Shown piece after piece: positions 20,789-29,654 of a DNA stretch of 64,000 bases (the first letter of the stretch is position 1; every line of letters begins with the position of its first letter). Made by a program: the position numbers and the translations under genes. This DNA comes from Candidatus Hydrothermarchaeum profundi (GTDB taxonomy: Archaea; Hydrothermarchaeota; Hydrothermarchaeia; Hydrothermarchaeales; Hydrothermarchaeaceae): NCBI GenBank assembly GCA_002011125.2, contig MTMF02000008.1, forward strand, positions 71,019 through 135,018. The letters are read 5' to 3'. The notes beneath the pieces were generated by a model, which saw only the letters and a program-made list of their open reading frames with translations, was not told where the DNA came from and did not search any database.

Positions 20789-21493
20789 ATGGAAGATAAA
20801 GCCGAATCCATCAGAAATATGTTCTCTTCTATTGCTCATCGTTATGACCTCCTGAATACTCTACTAAGCCTAAACCGAGATAAGTATTGGAGAAAATTTA
20901 CAGCTTCAAAAGCAGGTTTGAAGAAAGGAGGTTCTGCTATAGATTTTGCCACAGGAACAGGGGAGCTGGCAATTGAGCTTGCTAAGATAGTGGGAGAGGA
21001 AGGCAGAGTTGTTGGAGTGGATTTTAGCCAAAAGATGTTAGATATAGCAAAAATAAAGGTTGAGAAATCTGGATTAGAGAGAATTATAGAATTTTCTCAT
21101 CAAAGAGCTGAAAGTGTGCCATTCCCTGAGAATACCTTTGATTGTGCAACGATAGGATTTGCCTTGAGAAATGTAACTGATATCCCTACGGTATTAAAGG
21201 AAATGACCCGCGTGGTAAAAGTTGGAGGACGTGTTGTATTATTAGAATTCACGCAGCCTAGGAACCCTGTTGTGAGAAGGCTCTATTTTTTTTACTCCTT
21301 TAACATACTGCCTATGATTGGGGGCATAATTTCCGGCAGAAAAGACGCATATGAATACTTGCCTGAATCAATTCTAAAATTTCCTTCACCTGAAAAGCTT
21401 AGAGATATAATGATAGACGTAGGATTAAAAAATATCAAAATTTACATTCTTACGGGGGGTATAGTGGCAGTTCATGTGGGTGTTAAAGCTTAG
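20789..21493 (+). CDS. menG: Demethylmenaquinone methyltransferase
   Basis: MFSSIAHRYDLLN, DFATGTG, FALRNV, AYEYLPESI. Confidence 0.92.
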   Translation: MEDKAESIRNMFSSIAHRYDLLNTLLSLNRDKYWRKFTASKAGLKKGGSAIDFATGTGELAIELAKIVGEEGRVVGVDFSQKMLDIAKIKVEKSGLERIIEFSHQRAESVPFPENTFDCATIGFALRNVTDIPTVLKEMTRVVKVGGRVVLLEFTQPRNPVVRRLYFFYSFNILPMIGGIISGRKDAYEYLPESILKFPSPEKLRDIMIDVGLKNIKIYILTGGIVAVHVGVKA

Positions 21494-21550
21494 ACTCGAC
21501 TAAAAACGTCATATAGAAACGCTTATTTAAGCGAGCTTCAATATAATCTC

Positions 21551-21754
21551 TTGGATAAAATTGATAAAAAAGTGGAGGTTGGACTTATTAAACCAATAGA
21601 ACTAATTCTGCATGTTTTAGCTGGATTGGCTATTCTTGGAGGGATATTCCGCGCTACTACCACTACAGACCCGCAACTGAGTTCTCTCTTGATGAGCCAG
21701 TATTTGCTTTGGGCTATCTTATTTGAGATAATAGCATTTAACACGAAAGAATAA
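21551..21754 (+). CDS. Small membrane protein
   Basis: Two hydrophobic segments; upstream of peptidase on same strand. Confidence 0.4.
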   Translation: MDKIDKKVEVGLIKPIELILHVLAGLAILGGIFRATTTTDPQLSSLLMSQYLLWAILFEIIAFNTKE

Positions 21755-21774
21755 AAAAATAAAGCAGGTATATC

Positions 21775-22758
21775 ATGCGGTTGCAAAGAGCCCTAAAAAT
21801 CTTGGAAGAGAAGGAACTCCAATGCGGAATAGTACTTAAGCCTGAAAACATCTATTATCTAACAGGTTTTTTCCCCTCTTCACGAGCTGTGCTTATTTTA
21901 AAATCAGATCCTGTGCTTCTAATTTCGAAGATGGATTCAACAAGGGCCGAAGAGATAAATATTGAATATCATATCGTTGAAAAATTTGAGAAAGAATTAA
22001 AGGAGCTTCGGTGTGAGGAAATTGCTGTGGAAAAAAACTACATAACCCTTAGCTTCTTTGAAAAATATCTTAATAATAAAATTGTAGAGAACTTGGAGTT
22101 AGAGGAAATGCGATCTATTAAGGATAAAGCAGAGATAAGAGAAATAATGAAAGCGATAAAGATAGCCGAGAAGGCATTAGAGGGATTAAGTTTAGAAGGC
22201 AGGACAGAAAGGGAGGTTTCAGCAGTTTTAGGGCAGCGCATAAATCTTAAAGCAGATTTGGCGTTCAAGCCTATCGTCGCAAGCGGCAGAAATTCTTCTA
22301 GACCTCATCATAACTCATCAGATAAAAAGATTAGGAGAGGGGAAACGGTAATCGTAGACCTCGGAGCGCGTGTTAACTACTATAACTGTGACTTAACACG
22401 AACTTATCTTACTGGCGAGAAAAAAGAATACCTAGACGTATACGAAGCGGTTCTTGAAGCTCAAAAGGCTGCTATCGCAGAGTGCTATTCTGGAAATGAA
22501 ATTAGGAGGCCTGATGAAGTAGCGAGGTCGGTCTTACGAGAATATGATTTGGCAGAATCTTTTCTCCATTCTACCGGTCATGGAGTCGGTCTAGAGGTCC
22601 ATGAAATGCCTGTGGTAAATGGCGAGTCTAAAGGAGCATTTAAGAGTGGGATGGTGGTTACCATTGAGCCGGGGGTTTATAAAGAGTTTGGAGTTAGAAT
22701 TGAAGATATGGTTTTAATTGGTGAAAAACCAAAACTTTTGACAACTATAAAAAAATAA
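21775..22758 (+). CDS. Xaa-Pro aminopeptidase (M24)
   Basis: DLGA, DLTRT, HSTGHGVGLEVHE, TIEPGVY, GVRIED. Confidence 0.92.
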   Translation: MRLQRALKILEEKELQCGIVLKPENIYYLTGFFPSSRAVLILKSDPVLLISKMDSTRAEEINIEYHIVEKFEKELKELRCEEIAVEKNYITLSFFEKYLNNKIVENLELEEMRSIKDKAEIREIMKAIKIAEKALEGLSLEGRTEREVSAVLGQRINLKADLAFKPIVASGRNSSRPHHNSSDKKIRRGETVIVDLGARVNYYNCDLTRTYLTGEKKEYLDVYEAVLEAQKAAIAECYSGNEIRRPDEVARSVLREYDLAESFLHSTGHGVGLEVHEMPVVNGESKGAFKSGMVVTIEPGVYKEFGVRIEDMVLIGEKPKLLTTIKK

Positions 22759-22762
22759 GTGG

Positions 22763-23962
22763 ATGAACATGTGTATATTTTTTATAGACCCTTCATTTTC
22801 TGGTATTAGTGGAGATATGCTCCTTGGTGCTCTAATCGATTTAGGGGGAGATCTTAAAAAATTCCAAGCGATTATAGAAGCGGTAAAAAAGGAGGAAGGA
22901 GCGAAGTTTTCTGTAAAAGTGAACAAAGTTAGAAAGAAGGGAATAACCGCTACCGATGTAAGCGTGGAATCTAGGGCGAGGTGTGATGATCTAGTTAGCG
23001 CAATAAAGGCTCTTCCGCTAGTAGAAGCTGAAAAGAATTTTAGTCTACAAGTCGCTAAGACTCTCATAGACGCCGAATCTAAGGTCCATGGAGTCTCTGG
23101 TAGGGAAATTCGCCTACATGAACTCGGTAGCATTGATACACTGGTCGATATTGTGGGTACATCGGTACTGGCAAACAGCGTGGGGATGTTATCCTCTGAT
23201 GTAGAGGTATACTCCTCGCATGTTCTTGTCGGCAAAGGTAAAGTTGTTACTGAGGAAGGATTAATGCCGGTTCCGCCTCCTGCAGTACTTGAGATTCTTA
23301 GAGAATATTCTATACCCTTCCGTCTTTCTACTACCGAGGGAGAACTAGCTACCCCTACAGGTGTTTCACTATTATCTCACCTAGCTACAAGCTTTGAAAA
23401 TATTCCAATTATTAGACCGGAAGTAATAGGAATTGGTGCTGGAAAAGCTAATTTGGATTTCCCGAATATTCTTAGGATAGTTAAAGGTTCAAAATTCGAA
23501 AAACTTCGAAAAGAGGAGATAAGGGTTCTAGAAACAAGTTTAGATGATGTTACGGGTGAAGTACTAGGCTATACTATCGGAAAACTCTATGACTCCGGGG
23601 CATTGGATGTTCAAGCCATACCTACTGTTACAAAGAAGAACAGACCCGGGTACATATTGAAGGTAATTTGCAAACCTGAAAATGAAGTTAATCTAGCTGA
23701 GCTGGTGATGAAGGAAACTGGTAGTTTAGGGGTAAGAACCGGCTGCGCTCAAATGAGGTTCATTTTAGATAGAGAAATAAAAACGGTTAAGGTTAAAATC
23801 TCAAACGATGTGGGTGAGGCGAGGGTGAAGATCTCTCGAAACCGTTATGGCGAAGTTGTGAACATCAAGCCAGAATATGAGGATGTAAGGAAAATAGCAG
23901 AGAAAACAAAGATGCCTTTAAAAGACATCATAAAAGCTATTGAAAGAGAAGTTAATCTCTGA
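22763..23962 (+). CDS. larC: Nickel-pincer cofactor nickel insertase
   Basis: SGISGDMLLGAL, HELGSIDTLVDI, GELATPTG, LETSLDD, KPEYED. Confidence 0.92.
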   Translation: MNMCIFFIDPSFSGISGDMLLGALIDLGGDLKKFQAIIEAVKKEEGAKFSVKVNKVRKKGITATDVSVESRARCDDLVSAIKALPLVEAEKNFSLQVAKTLIDAESKVHGVSGREIRLHELGSIDTLVDIVGTSVLANSVGMLSSDVEVYSSHVLVGKGKVVTEEGLMPVPPPAVLEILREYSIPFRLSTTEGELATPTGVSLLSHLATSFENIPIIRPEVIGIGAGKANLDFPNILRIVKGSKFEKLRKEEIRVLETSLDDVTGEVLGYTIGKLYDSGALDVQAIPTVTKKNRPGYILKVICKPENEVNLAELVMKETGSLGVRTGCAQMRFILDREIKTVKVKISNDVGEARVKISRNRYGEVVNIKPEYEDVRKIAEKTKMPLKDIIKAIEREVNL

Positions 23963-24731
23963 ATTTTGCAGCCCTATTAGCTATTAGCGAGGCCGCAATA
24001 CCTGCTCCAAACCCATTATCTATGTTTACGGCAACTAATCCTGGAGAGCAACTTTGAAGTATAGAAAAGAGGGCAGATTTGCCTTTTCCGCCGATACCAT
24101 ACCCTGTAGAAGTAGGCAGACCGATAACTGGAATATCCACGAGGCCAGCGACAACTGAGGGTAGCGCTCCTTCCATGCCCGCGGCTACTATTACTACGTC
24201 TACGTCGTTTTTTATGATATCTTCAATAGCAGGTATAAGCCTATGAAGACCCGCTACCCCCACATCATAGTGCACATACACCTCACATCCCATTTCTTGA
24301 GAAATAACCCGTGCTTCTTCGGCTCTTTTAATATCGCTAGTACCTGCGCACAATATAGCGACTTTTCCTCCAGTTTTAGTGACTTGGAATTCTTTCTTTT
24401 TTATTATGAGTATTCCGGCTTTATCAAAAGATTCGACATGCAATCCTTTTATGTTCCTTTTTAATGATTTAGCTCTTTCAGAGTTTAGTCTAGTTACAAT
24501 ACATCTACCTTTCTCATTAACCAGCTCTCTTACTATCTCCAATATCTCGTCATCAGATTTTCCCTCGCCGAATACCACTTCTGGAGCGCCGGTTCTATAA
24601 TCTCTATGGACATCTATTATCCCTATACTGCCAATTGTTTTCATGCTAAAAAGCTTTATTTCTTTCTCTGCTTCATCTACGGATAACTTCCCATTCTTGA
24701 AATCTTCTAGGACCTTTTTTAGAGTTCCCAT
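23952..24731 (-). CDS. larB: Nickel-pincer cofactor carboxylase/hydrolase
   Basis: PEVVFGEGK, AGTSD, DVGVAGLHR, AGMEGALPSVVAG, VNIDNGFGA. Confidence 0.95.
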   Translation of the reverse strand: MGTLKKVLEDFKNGKLSVDEAEKEIKLFSMKTIGSIGIIDVHRDYRTGAPEVVFGEGKSDDEILEIVRELVNEKGRCIVTRLNSERAKSLKRNIKGLHVESFDKAGILIIKKKEFQVTKTGGKVAILCAGTSDIKRAEEARVISQEMGCEVYVHYDVGVAGLHRLIPAIEDIIKNDVDVVIVAAGMEGALPSVVAGLVDIPVIGLPTSTGYGIGGKGKSALFSILQSCSPGLVAVNIDNGFGAGIAASLIANRAAKFRD

Positions 24732-24765
24732 ATTGATACAATACCCCTATTTGTATTTAAATCTT

Positions 24766-24856
24766 AAAAAAGGTGGGAAGGAAAGTAAAATCAGCGATCC
24801 CCCTTTGAAGGTATGAGGAAGGAGAGGAGTTAAAGCCAATTTTCCCTTCCCACAGT
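24766..24856 (-). ncRNA. Candidate small RNA (~90 nt)
   Basis: Terminal stem GTGGGAAGG(G)AAA / TTTCCTTCCCAC, TATA ~26 nt upstream, U-tract end. Confidence 0.35.
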
Positions 24857-24898
24857 TATGTTTTTTAATGCAAACCCATATAAAAAACTTTGTTTAAA

Positions 24899-25324
24899 CT
24901 ATCTACCTAGGGCTGTCTTGAGATCCATGGCGTGCTCCTGTTCCATGGCTAGTATTTCTCTCAGTTTTTGGGCTAAAGCCAATTCTTTCAACTCTTCTGC
25001 TTGCCCGATTCTTTCTTTGTATCGCCTAATCGCGTCTTCTTCTCCTTCAAGGTCTTGCTCTAGCATTTCTACATTGTCTTTAGAACTCTTGGCTGGATAC
25101 ACTTCAGTTGCTGGAAAGCCTCCTAGGTAGTCTATCTGCTCCGCTAATATTAAGGCGTGTTGGAGTTCTTCTTGAGCATGAATTTTTATTTCCTTTATAA
25201 TATCTCCATACTGGGCACCTGTAAGAACCCCGCTATGCTGTATATATTGTACCATTGCTGTATATTCCCAGGATAGGTCCTTATTTAACAAATCTATTAG
25301 TTCTTCTTTCGTTATGGTCATCAT
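24899..25324 (-). CDS. Ferritin-like/bacterioferritin-family protein
   Basis: LSWEYTAMVQY, EELQHA, LGG.P, DLEGEEDAIRRY, EQEH diiron ligands. Confidence 0.88.
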   Translation of the reverse strand: MMTITKEELIDLLNKDLSWEYTAMVQYIQHSGVLTGAQYGDIIKEIKIHAQEELQHALILAEQIDYLGGFPATEVYPAKSSKDNVEMLEQDLEGEEDAIRRYKERIGQAEELKELALAQKLREILAMEQEHAMDLKTALGR

Positions 25325-25404
25325 TCTACCTCCTAAATAATTTAATGATGGGAATAATTTAAATACGTTTATGCATGCTATTAAAATGGGGAGGTGAAAA
25401 CAGG

Positions 25405-25473
25405 ATGGAAATCAAAAAAATCGAAAAAGAGAACAGATATTCAACTTGTAAATGTCATAAGAGTTGTATGTAA
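25405..25473 (+). CDS. 22-aa Cys-rich candidate RiPP precursor
   Basis: MEIKKIEKENRYSTCKCHKSCM; SD GGAGGTGA; heads an operon with an rSAM/SPASM gene. Confidence 0.6.
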   Translation: MEIKKIEKENRYSTCKCHKSCM

Positions 25474-25614
25474 ATGAATATAGATGAAGAGCTTAGAAAA
25501 CGTATATGCAAAAAATGCGATTTCTATAAAGAGGGTGAGCGGTTAGAGTGTGGTGCATACAAAATAAGTAAGAAGCTTGTTGAAAATGGTAAAATTTCGT
25601 TGGAAGATCTTTAA
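25474..25614 (+). CDS. 46-aa Cys-containing protein
   Basis: MNIDEELRKRICKKCDFYKEGERLECGAYKISKKLVENGKISLEDL; abuts the upstream stop and overlaps the rSAM start (TAATG). Confidence 0.6.
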   Translation: MNIDEELRKRICKKCDFYKEGERLECGAYKISKKLVENGKISLEDL

Positions 25615-26777
25615 TGTTTCCTAAATTAAAAGGATGCGCTCTTAAGAAGGCTGAAGGACTCTTCATATATGACTTTATTCGTGATGAACTGTATGAGGTA
25701 GATGAGGAAGCTTTTGATTTTTTGAAGTATTGTACAGGGAAAAACAAGCTTGAAGAAATCCCAAACTCTGATGAAGGAAAAGAAGTTTTGAAGTTTGCTT
25801 TAAGTGAAGGTCTTGTTGAAGATGATTTTGACGCAAATGCTCCAGAGCAGTACTCGGTCAAAAATAATCCTGCTCCTTCTTTAAGGTATCTACAGCTTCA
25901 TATAACTGAAAGGTGCAATCTAAACTGCAAGCATTGTTACCTTGGATCAAAAGGAATGCGGAGTTTAAATTTTGAAACAGCTACTAAAGCTATAAGAGAG
26001 TTTGGAGAAATCGGATGGAAACTATTGGTTACAGGAGGAGAACCTCTACTGTATGAGAGATTTTGGGATATCCTTTCCTATGCTAGCAAATTTCCGATTA
26101 GGGTTGAGGTCCTCAGCAACGGGACTCTTATCACAGATGAGATCGCTGAGAGAATGTCCAAGCATGTCCACTCTATACAGATTAGCTTGGATGGAATGAA
26201 AGAAGGGCATGAAGCCTTACGGGGTTTGGGCTCTTTTGAAAAGACTATTAGCGGTATAAAAGCTGCTAAAAAATATATTTCTGTATCAATAGCCACGATG
26301 ATACATGCAAAGAATATTAATGAATTTGATGACCTCAAGGAGTTGGTAGAGGACCTAGAAGCTGCTGAGTGGATGCTTGATGTACCCTCGCTAAAGGGGA
26401 ATTTATTGGAGAATAGAGGTTTGATACCTAAGAAATCTGACGCTGTAAGAATCTATAAAAATTATGGATATGGAGGGGGAAGTCATTCTGGAGATGAAGA
26501 TTTTTCATGTGGCTCACATTTGTGTTCGATAGATGTAGATGGAAATGTTACGAAATGTGGTTTTTTCTCAAGTAGCGTTGGAAAAATAGGAACTAAGCCT
26601 TTGCTAAAATGCTGGCATGAAATTGTTGAAAAGTACCTTCCAAAGCTAAACTCGTTGGAGTGCAAGAATTGCGAATACCTATATGAGTGTAGAGGGGGGT
26701 GCAGGTATAGAGCGGCTTTAGATAAAAATTTCACTGCGAAGGATCTCTTCATGTGCGATATTTATCTTAATAAATAA
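25614..26777 (+). CDS. Radical SAM/SPASM peptide-maturase-like enzyme with N-terminal PqqD/RRE-like domain
   Basis: CNLNCKHC; TGGEP; SPASM CKNC..CRGGCR; ~85-aa N-terminal extension (IYDFIRDELYEVDEEAFDFL). Confidence 0.85.
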   Translation: MFPKLKGCALKKAEGLFIYDFIRDELYEVDEEAFDFLKYCTGKNKLEEIPNSDEGKEVLKFALSEGLVEDDFDANAPEQYSVKNNPAPSLRYLQLHITERCNLNCKHCYLGSKGMRSLNFETATKAIREFGEIGWKLLVTGGEPLLYERFWDILSYASKFPIRVEVLSNGTLITDEIAERMSKHVHSIQISLDGMKEGHEALRGLGSFEKTISGIKAAKKYISVSIATMIHAKNINEFDDLKELVEDLEAAEWMLDVPSLKGNLLENRGLIPKKSDAVRIYKNYGYGGGSHSGDEDFSCGSHLCSIDVDGNVTKCGFFSSSVGKIGTKPLLKCWHEIVEKYLPKLNSLECKNCEYLYECRGGCRYRAALDKNFTAKDLFMCDIYLNK

Positions 26778-26831
26778 TTGTTGCTTTAAGTCCCCGTAAG
26801 AATAATAAATCATTTAAGCCAAATTTCAAAT

Positions 26832-27785
26832 ATGCTGAAAGAAATTTATGATATAGCAATAATTGGAAGCGGCCCAGTTGGACTAGCCTCTGCCATGTAT
26901 GCAGGAAGACTGGACATGAAAACTGTGGTCTTTGGGGACCTTTTAGGGGGTGCAATCACTTTAACGGATATTGTGGAAAATTATCCAGGATTTAAAAGTA
27001 TATCAGGCTCTGAATTGGCAGATAGGTTAATAGAGCATGCCAAGGAGTACAACGCCGAGTTTATAGAGGGAATGGTTGAAAGAGTTGAGCCATATGAAGA
27101 TGTTTATCGCCTTATCTCTAGAGGAGATAAATATTTCTCTAAAACGGTTCTTTTTGCGACAGGTACAAAACATAGGAAGCTTGAAGTCCCTGGTTCTGAA
27201 AAATTTGAAAGAAGAGGGGTGCATTATTGCGCCTTATGCGATGGTCCACTCTATAAGGACAAAAAAGTTGGCGTGGTTGGAGGTAGTGATTCAGCCGCTA
27301 AGGAAGCGTTACTTTTAGAAAAATATGCTAACGAGGTCTATATAATCTACCGGGGAGAAAAGATACATCCAGAGCCAGTAAATGCTAAAAGGATTGAAAA
27401 AAGTTCAAAGATCAAGATAATAACAAAGACAAACATCATAGGACTGGAGGGAGGAGATACTCTGAGCAGAATATTGCTCGATAGGGAATATAATGGGCAA
27501 AAGGAACTTGAGCTAGACGGTCTTTTCGTAGCTATCGGTGGGATACCACGCTCAGAGCTTGCTATACCATTAGGCGTGGCAGTTAATAAGAAAGGCGAAA
27601 TAAAAATAGATAGAGCTGGAAGAACCAATATCGAAGGAATATTCGCAGCCGGTGATGTTGTAGATTCAGAATTTAAGCAAGCCATCACAGGTATAGGTGA
27701 AGGGGTTGCGGCAGTATATCAGGCTTACCGGTATATTAACGAGAAGGAGTTTGTCTGTACATGCTTGGATGAAGAATACCTCTAA
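26832..27785 (+). CDS. trxB: Thioredoxin reductase
   Basis: GSGPVG, VENYPG, GVHYCALCDG, VGGSDSA, FAAGD. Confidence 0.9.
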   Translation: MLKEIYDIAIIGSGPVGLASAMYAGRLDMKTVVFGDLLGGAITLTDIVENYPGFKSISGSELADRLIEHAKEYNAEFIEGMVERVEPYEDVYRLISRGDKYFSKTVLFATGTKHRKLEVPGSEKFERRGVHYCALCDGPLYKDKKVGVVGGSDSAAKEALLLEKYANEVYIIYRGEKIHPEPVNAKRIEKSSKIKIITKTNIIGLEGGDTLSRILLDREYNGQKELELDGLFVAIGGIPRSELAIPLGVAVNKKGEIKIDRAGRTNIEGIFAAGDVVDSEFKQAITGIGEGVAAVYQAYRYINEKEFVCTCLDEEYL

Positions 27786-27790
27786 ATTTT

Positions 27791-29173
27791 TTATTTTAGT
27801 GGTCCTCTAAGTTTTTCTTCAAAAATTTTCAGAACCTCATCTCTTTTCATCAAGCCTTTCTCTACAACTACCTCTATAACAGATTTTCCCTCTCTAAGGG
27901 CTTCCTTTGCAACCTCTGCTGCTTTCATGTACCCTATATAAGGTGTTAATGCAGTTGCAAGAGAGGGATTTTTCTCAAGGTATAAGCTACATTTTTCAAC
28001 ATTAGCTGTTATGCCTCTAACGCACTTCTTCTCAAATACTGGCAGGTAATTTACAAGTAAATCAATTGAAAAATGAAGATTGTGATTTATTACTGGAGCA
28101 AATACATTTAGATCTATCTGGCCAGCCTGCTCTGCTAGAGATACAGTAAGATCGTTGCCTATTATCTGGAAAGCCACCATGTTCAAGCATTCAGCCATAA
28201 CCGGGTTAACTTTTCCAGGCATAATCGAAGACCCTGGCTGGACTGGAGGTAAAGTAATTTCAGCTAGCCCAGTAACAGGTCCTGAACTCAGCAGTCTAAG
28301 GTCATTTGCTATTCTAGTAAGCTCTATCGCGAGATCCCTTAGTGATCCAGAAAAGGCTACAGCAGAAGAGAAACTCTGGAGTCCTTCTCTCGGATCTCTT
28401 GCTGGTCTTAAATCAAGGGCCGTCATTTCTCTAAGTTTTTCGATCACTAAAGTTCGATATTTAGGGTGACTGTTTAGGCCTGTTCCAACAGCAGTTCCAC
28501 CTAAAGCTATTTCTTCTAGATCCTTACTCTTTTCTTTAATTCGGTCTGTACATCTTCTTATGGCAGAAGCATAGGCATAGAATTCTTGGCCCAGCGTTAT
28601 GGGAACAGCGTCCTGTAAGTGCGTTCTTCCTGATTTAACTATGTCTCGAAATTCTTTTCCTTTTTTCTCAAATGCATCAGCTAAGCTTTCTAAGGTTTCG
28701 AGCAGTTTGGGTATTCTAAATAGGATTGAAAGGCACATGGCACTTGGAAATGTATCATTACTGGACTGGGCCATATTCACATGGTCATTAGGACCGATTA
28801 TCTCATACTTACCTTTTTTTTCTCCAAGTATCTCCAATGCCCTATTTGCAATGACCTCGTTGACGTTCATATTAAATGAGGTTCCAGCTCCCGCCTGATA
28901 TACATCGACTACAAATTGGTCTTGGAATTTTCCATCTAAAATTTCGTTACATGCATTTACGATGGCGTCTCCTTTCTTTTTATCTAGCTGCCCTAACTCC
29001 ATATTAGTAAGACATGCTGCCTTTTTTATCATTACATAAGCTCTTATCATCGCAGGATGCACTTTTAACCCGCTCACAGGGAAATTCTCTAATGCACGTT
29101 GAGTTTGTATCCCATAATAAGCGTCTTCAGGGATCTCTTTTTTTCCAAGAGGATCTTCTTCAATCCTTACCAT
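27791..29173 (-). CDS. aspA: Aspartate ammonia-lyase / class II fumarase family
   Basis: YYGIQTQRA, GAGTSFNMN, GRTHLQDA, GSSIMPGKVNP; aspA vs fumC not resolved by eye. Confidence 0.75.
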   Translation of the reverse strand: MVRIEEDPLGKKEIPEDAYYGIQTQRALENFPVSGLKVHPAMIRAYVMIKKAACLTNMELGQLDKKKGDAIVNACNEILDGKFQDQFVVDVYQAGAGTSFNMNVNEVIANRALEILGEKKGKYEIIGPNDHVNMAQSSNDTFPSAMCLSILFRIPKLLETLESLADAFEKKGKEFRDIVKSGRTHLQDAVPITLGQEFYAYASAIRRCTDRIKEKSKDLEEIALGGTAVGTGLNSHPKYRTLVIEKLREMTALDLRPARDPREGLQSFSSAVAFSGSLRDLAIELTRIANDLRLLSSGPVTGLAEITLPPVQPGSSIMPGKVNPVMAECLNMVAFQIIGNDLTVSLAEQAGQIDLNVFAPVINHNLHFSIDLLVNYLPVFEKKCVRGITANVEKCSLYLEKNPSLATALTPYIGYMKAAEVAKEALREGKSVIEVVVEKGLMKRDEVLKIFEEKLRGPLK

Positions 29174-29218
29174 ACCATTCGTTTTATTAAAAGAGGTTTT
29201 ATATTTTTTGATGCGGTA

Positions 29219-29632
29219 TTACATAAGTAGCATTGCAGCGATGCCTCTAATAACATCCTTCTGTGAGATTATCCCGACAATTTTATCGTTTTCTTTAACA
29301 AGGAGATGTCTAACATTTTTTTTCTTCATAAGTTTAAAAGCATCAAATAGGTCTGAAGACGGGGGTATTGTTATCAGGTTGGTCGACATTAATCCTGCGA
29401 CCCCCTTGGGATTCCCTCCATGATACGCCAATCTCACAAAATCCTTATCAGTGACTATCCCTATTATTTTGTCATCTTTTTTTACCACTACGCTGCTAAT
29501 GCTATTCTTTAACATAGCCTCAGCGGCATCACTAACAAGTACGTTTGGCGGTACTGAGATGATATTCTCGACCATAACATCCGAGACCTTTATTATCCCC
29601 CCGTTCAACAATTTTTTCTCCATGACATTCAT
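29219..29632 (-). CDS. CBS-domain pair protein
   Basis: VSDVM, GIVTDKD, GIISQKD. Confidence 0.88.
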   Translation of the reverse strand: MNVMEKKLLNGGIIKVSDVMVENIISVPPNVLVSDAAEAMLKNSISSVVVKKDDKIIGIVTDKDFVRLAYHGGNPKGVAGLMSTNLITIPPSSDLFDAFKLMKKKNVRHLLVKENDKIVGIISQKDVIRGIAAMLLM

Positions 29633-29654
29633 ATTTCTCCTCCTATTAATATAT

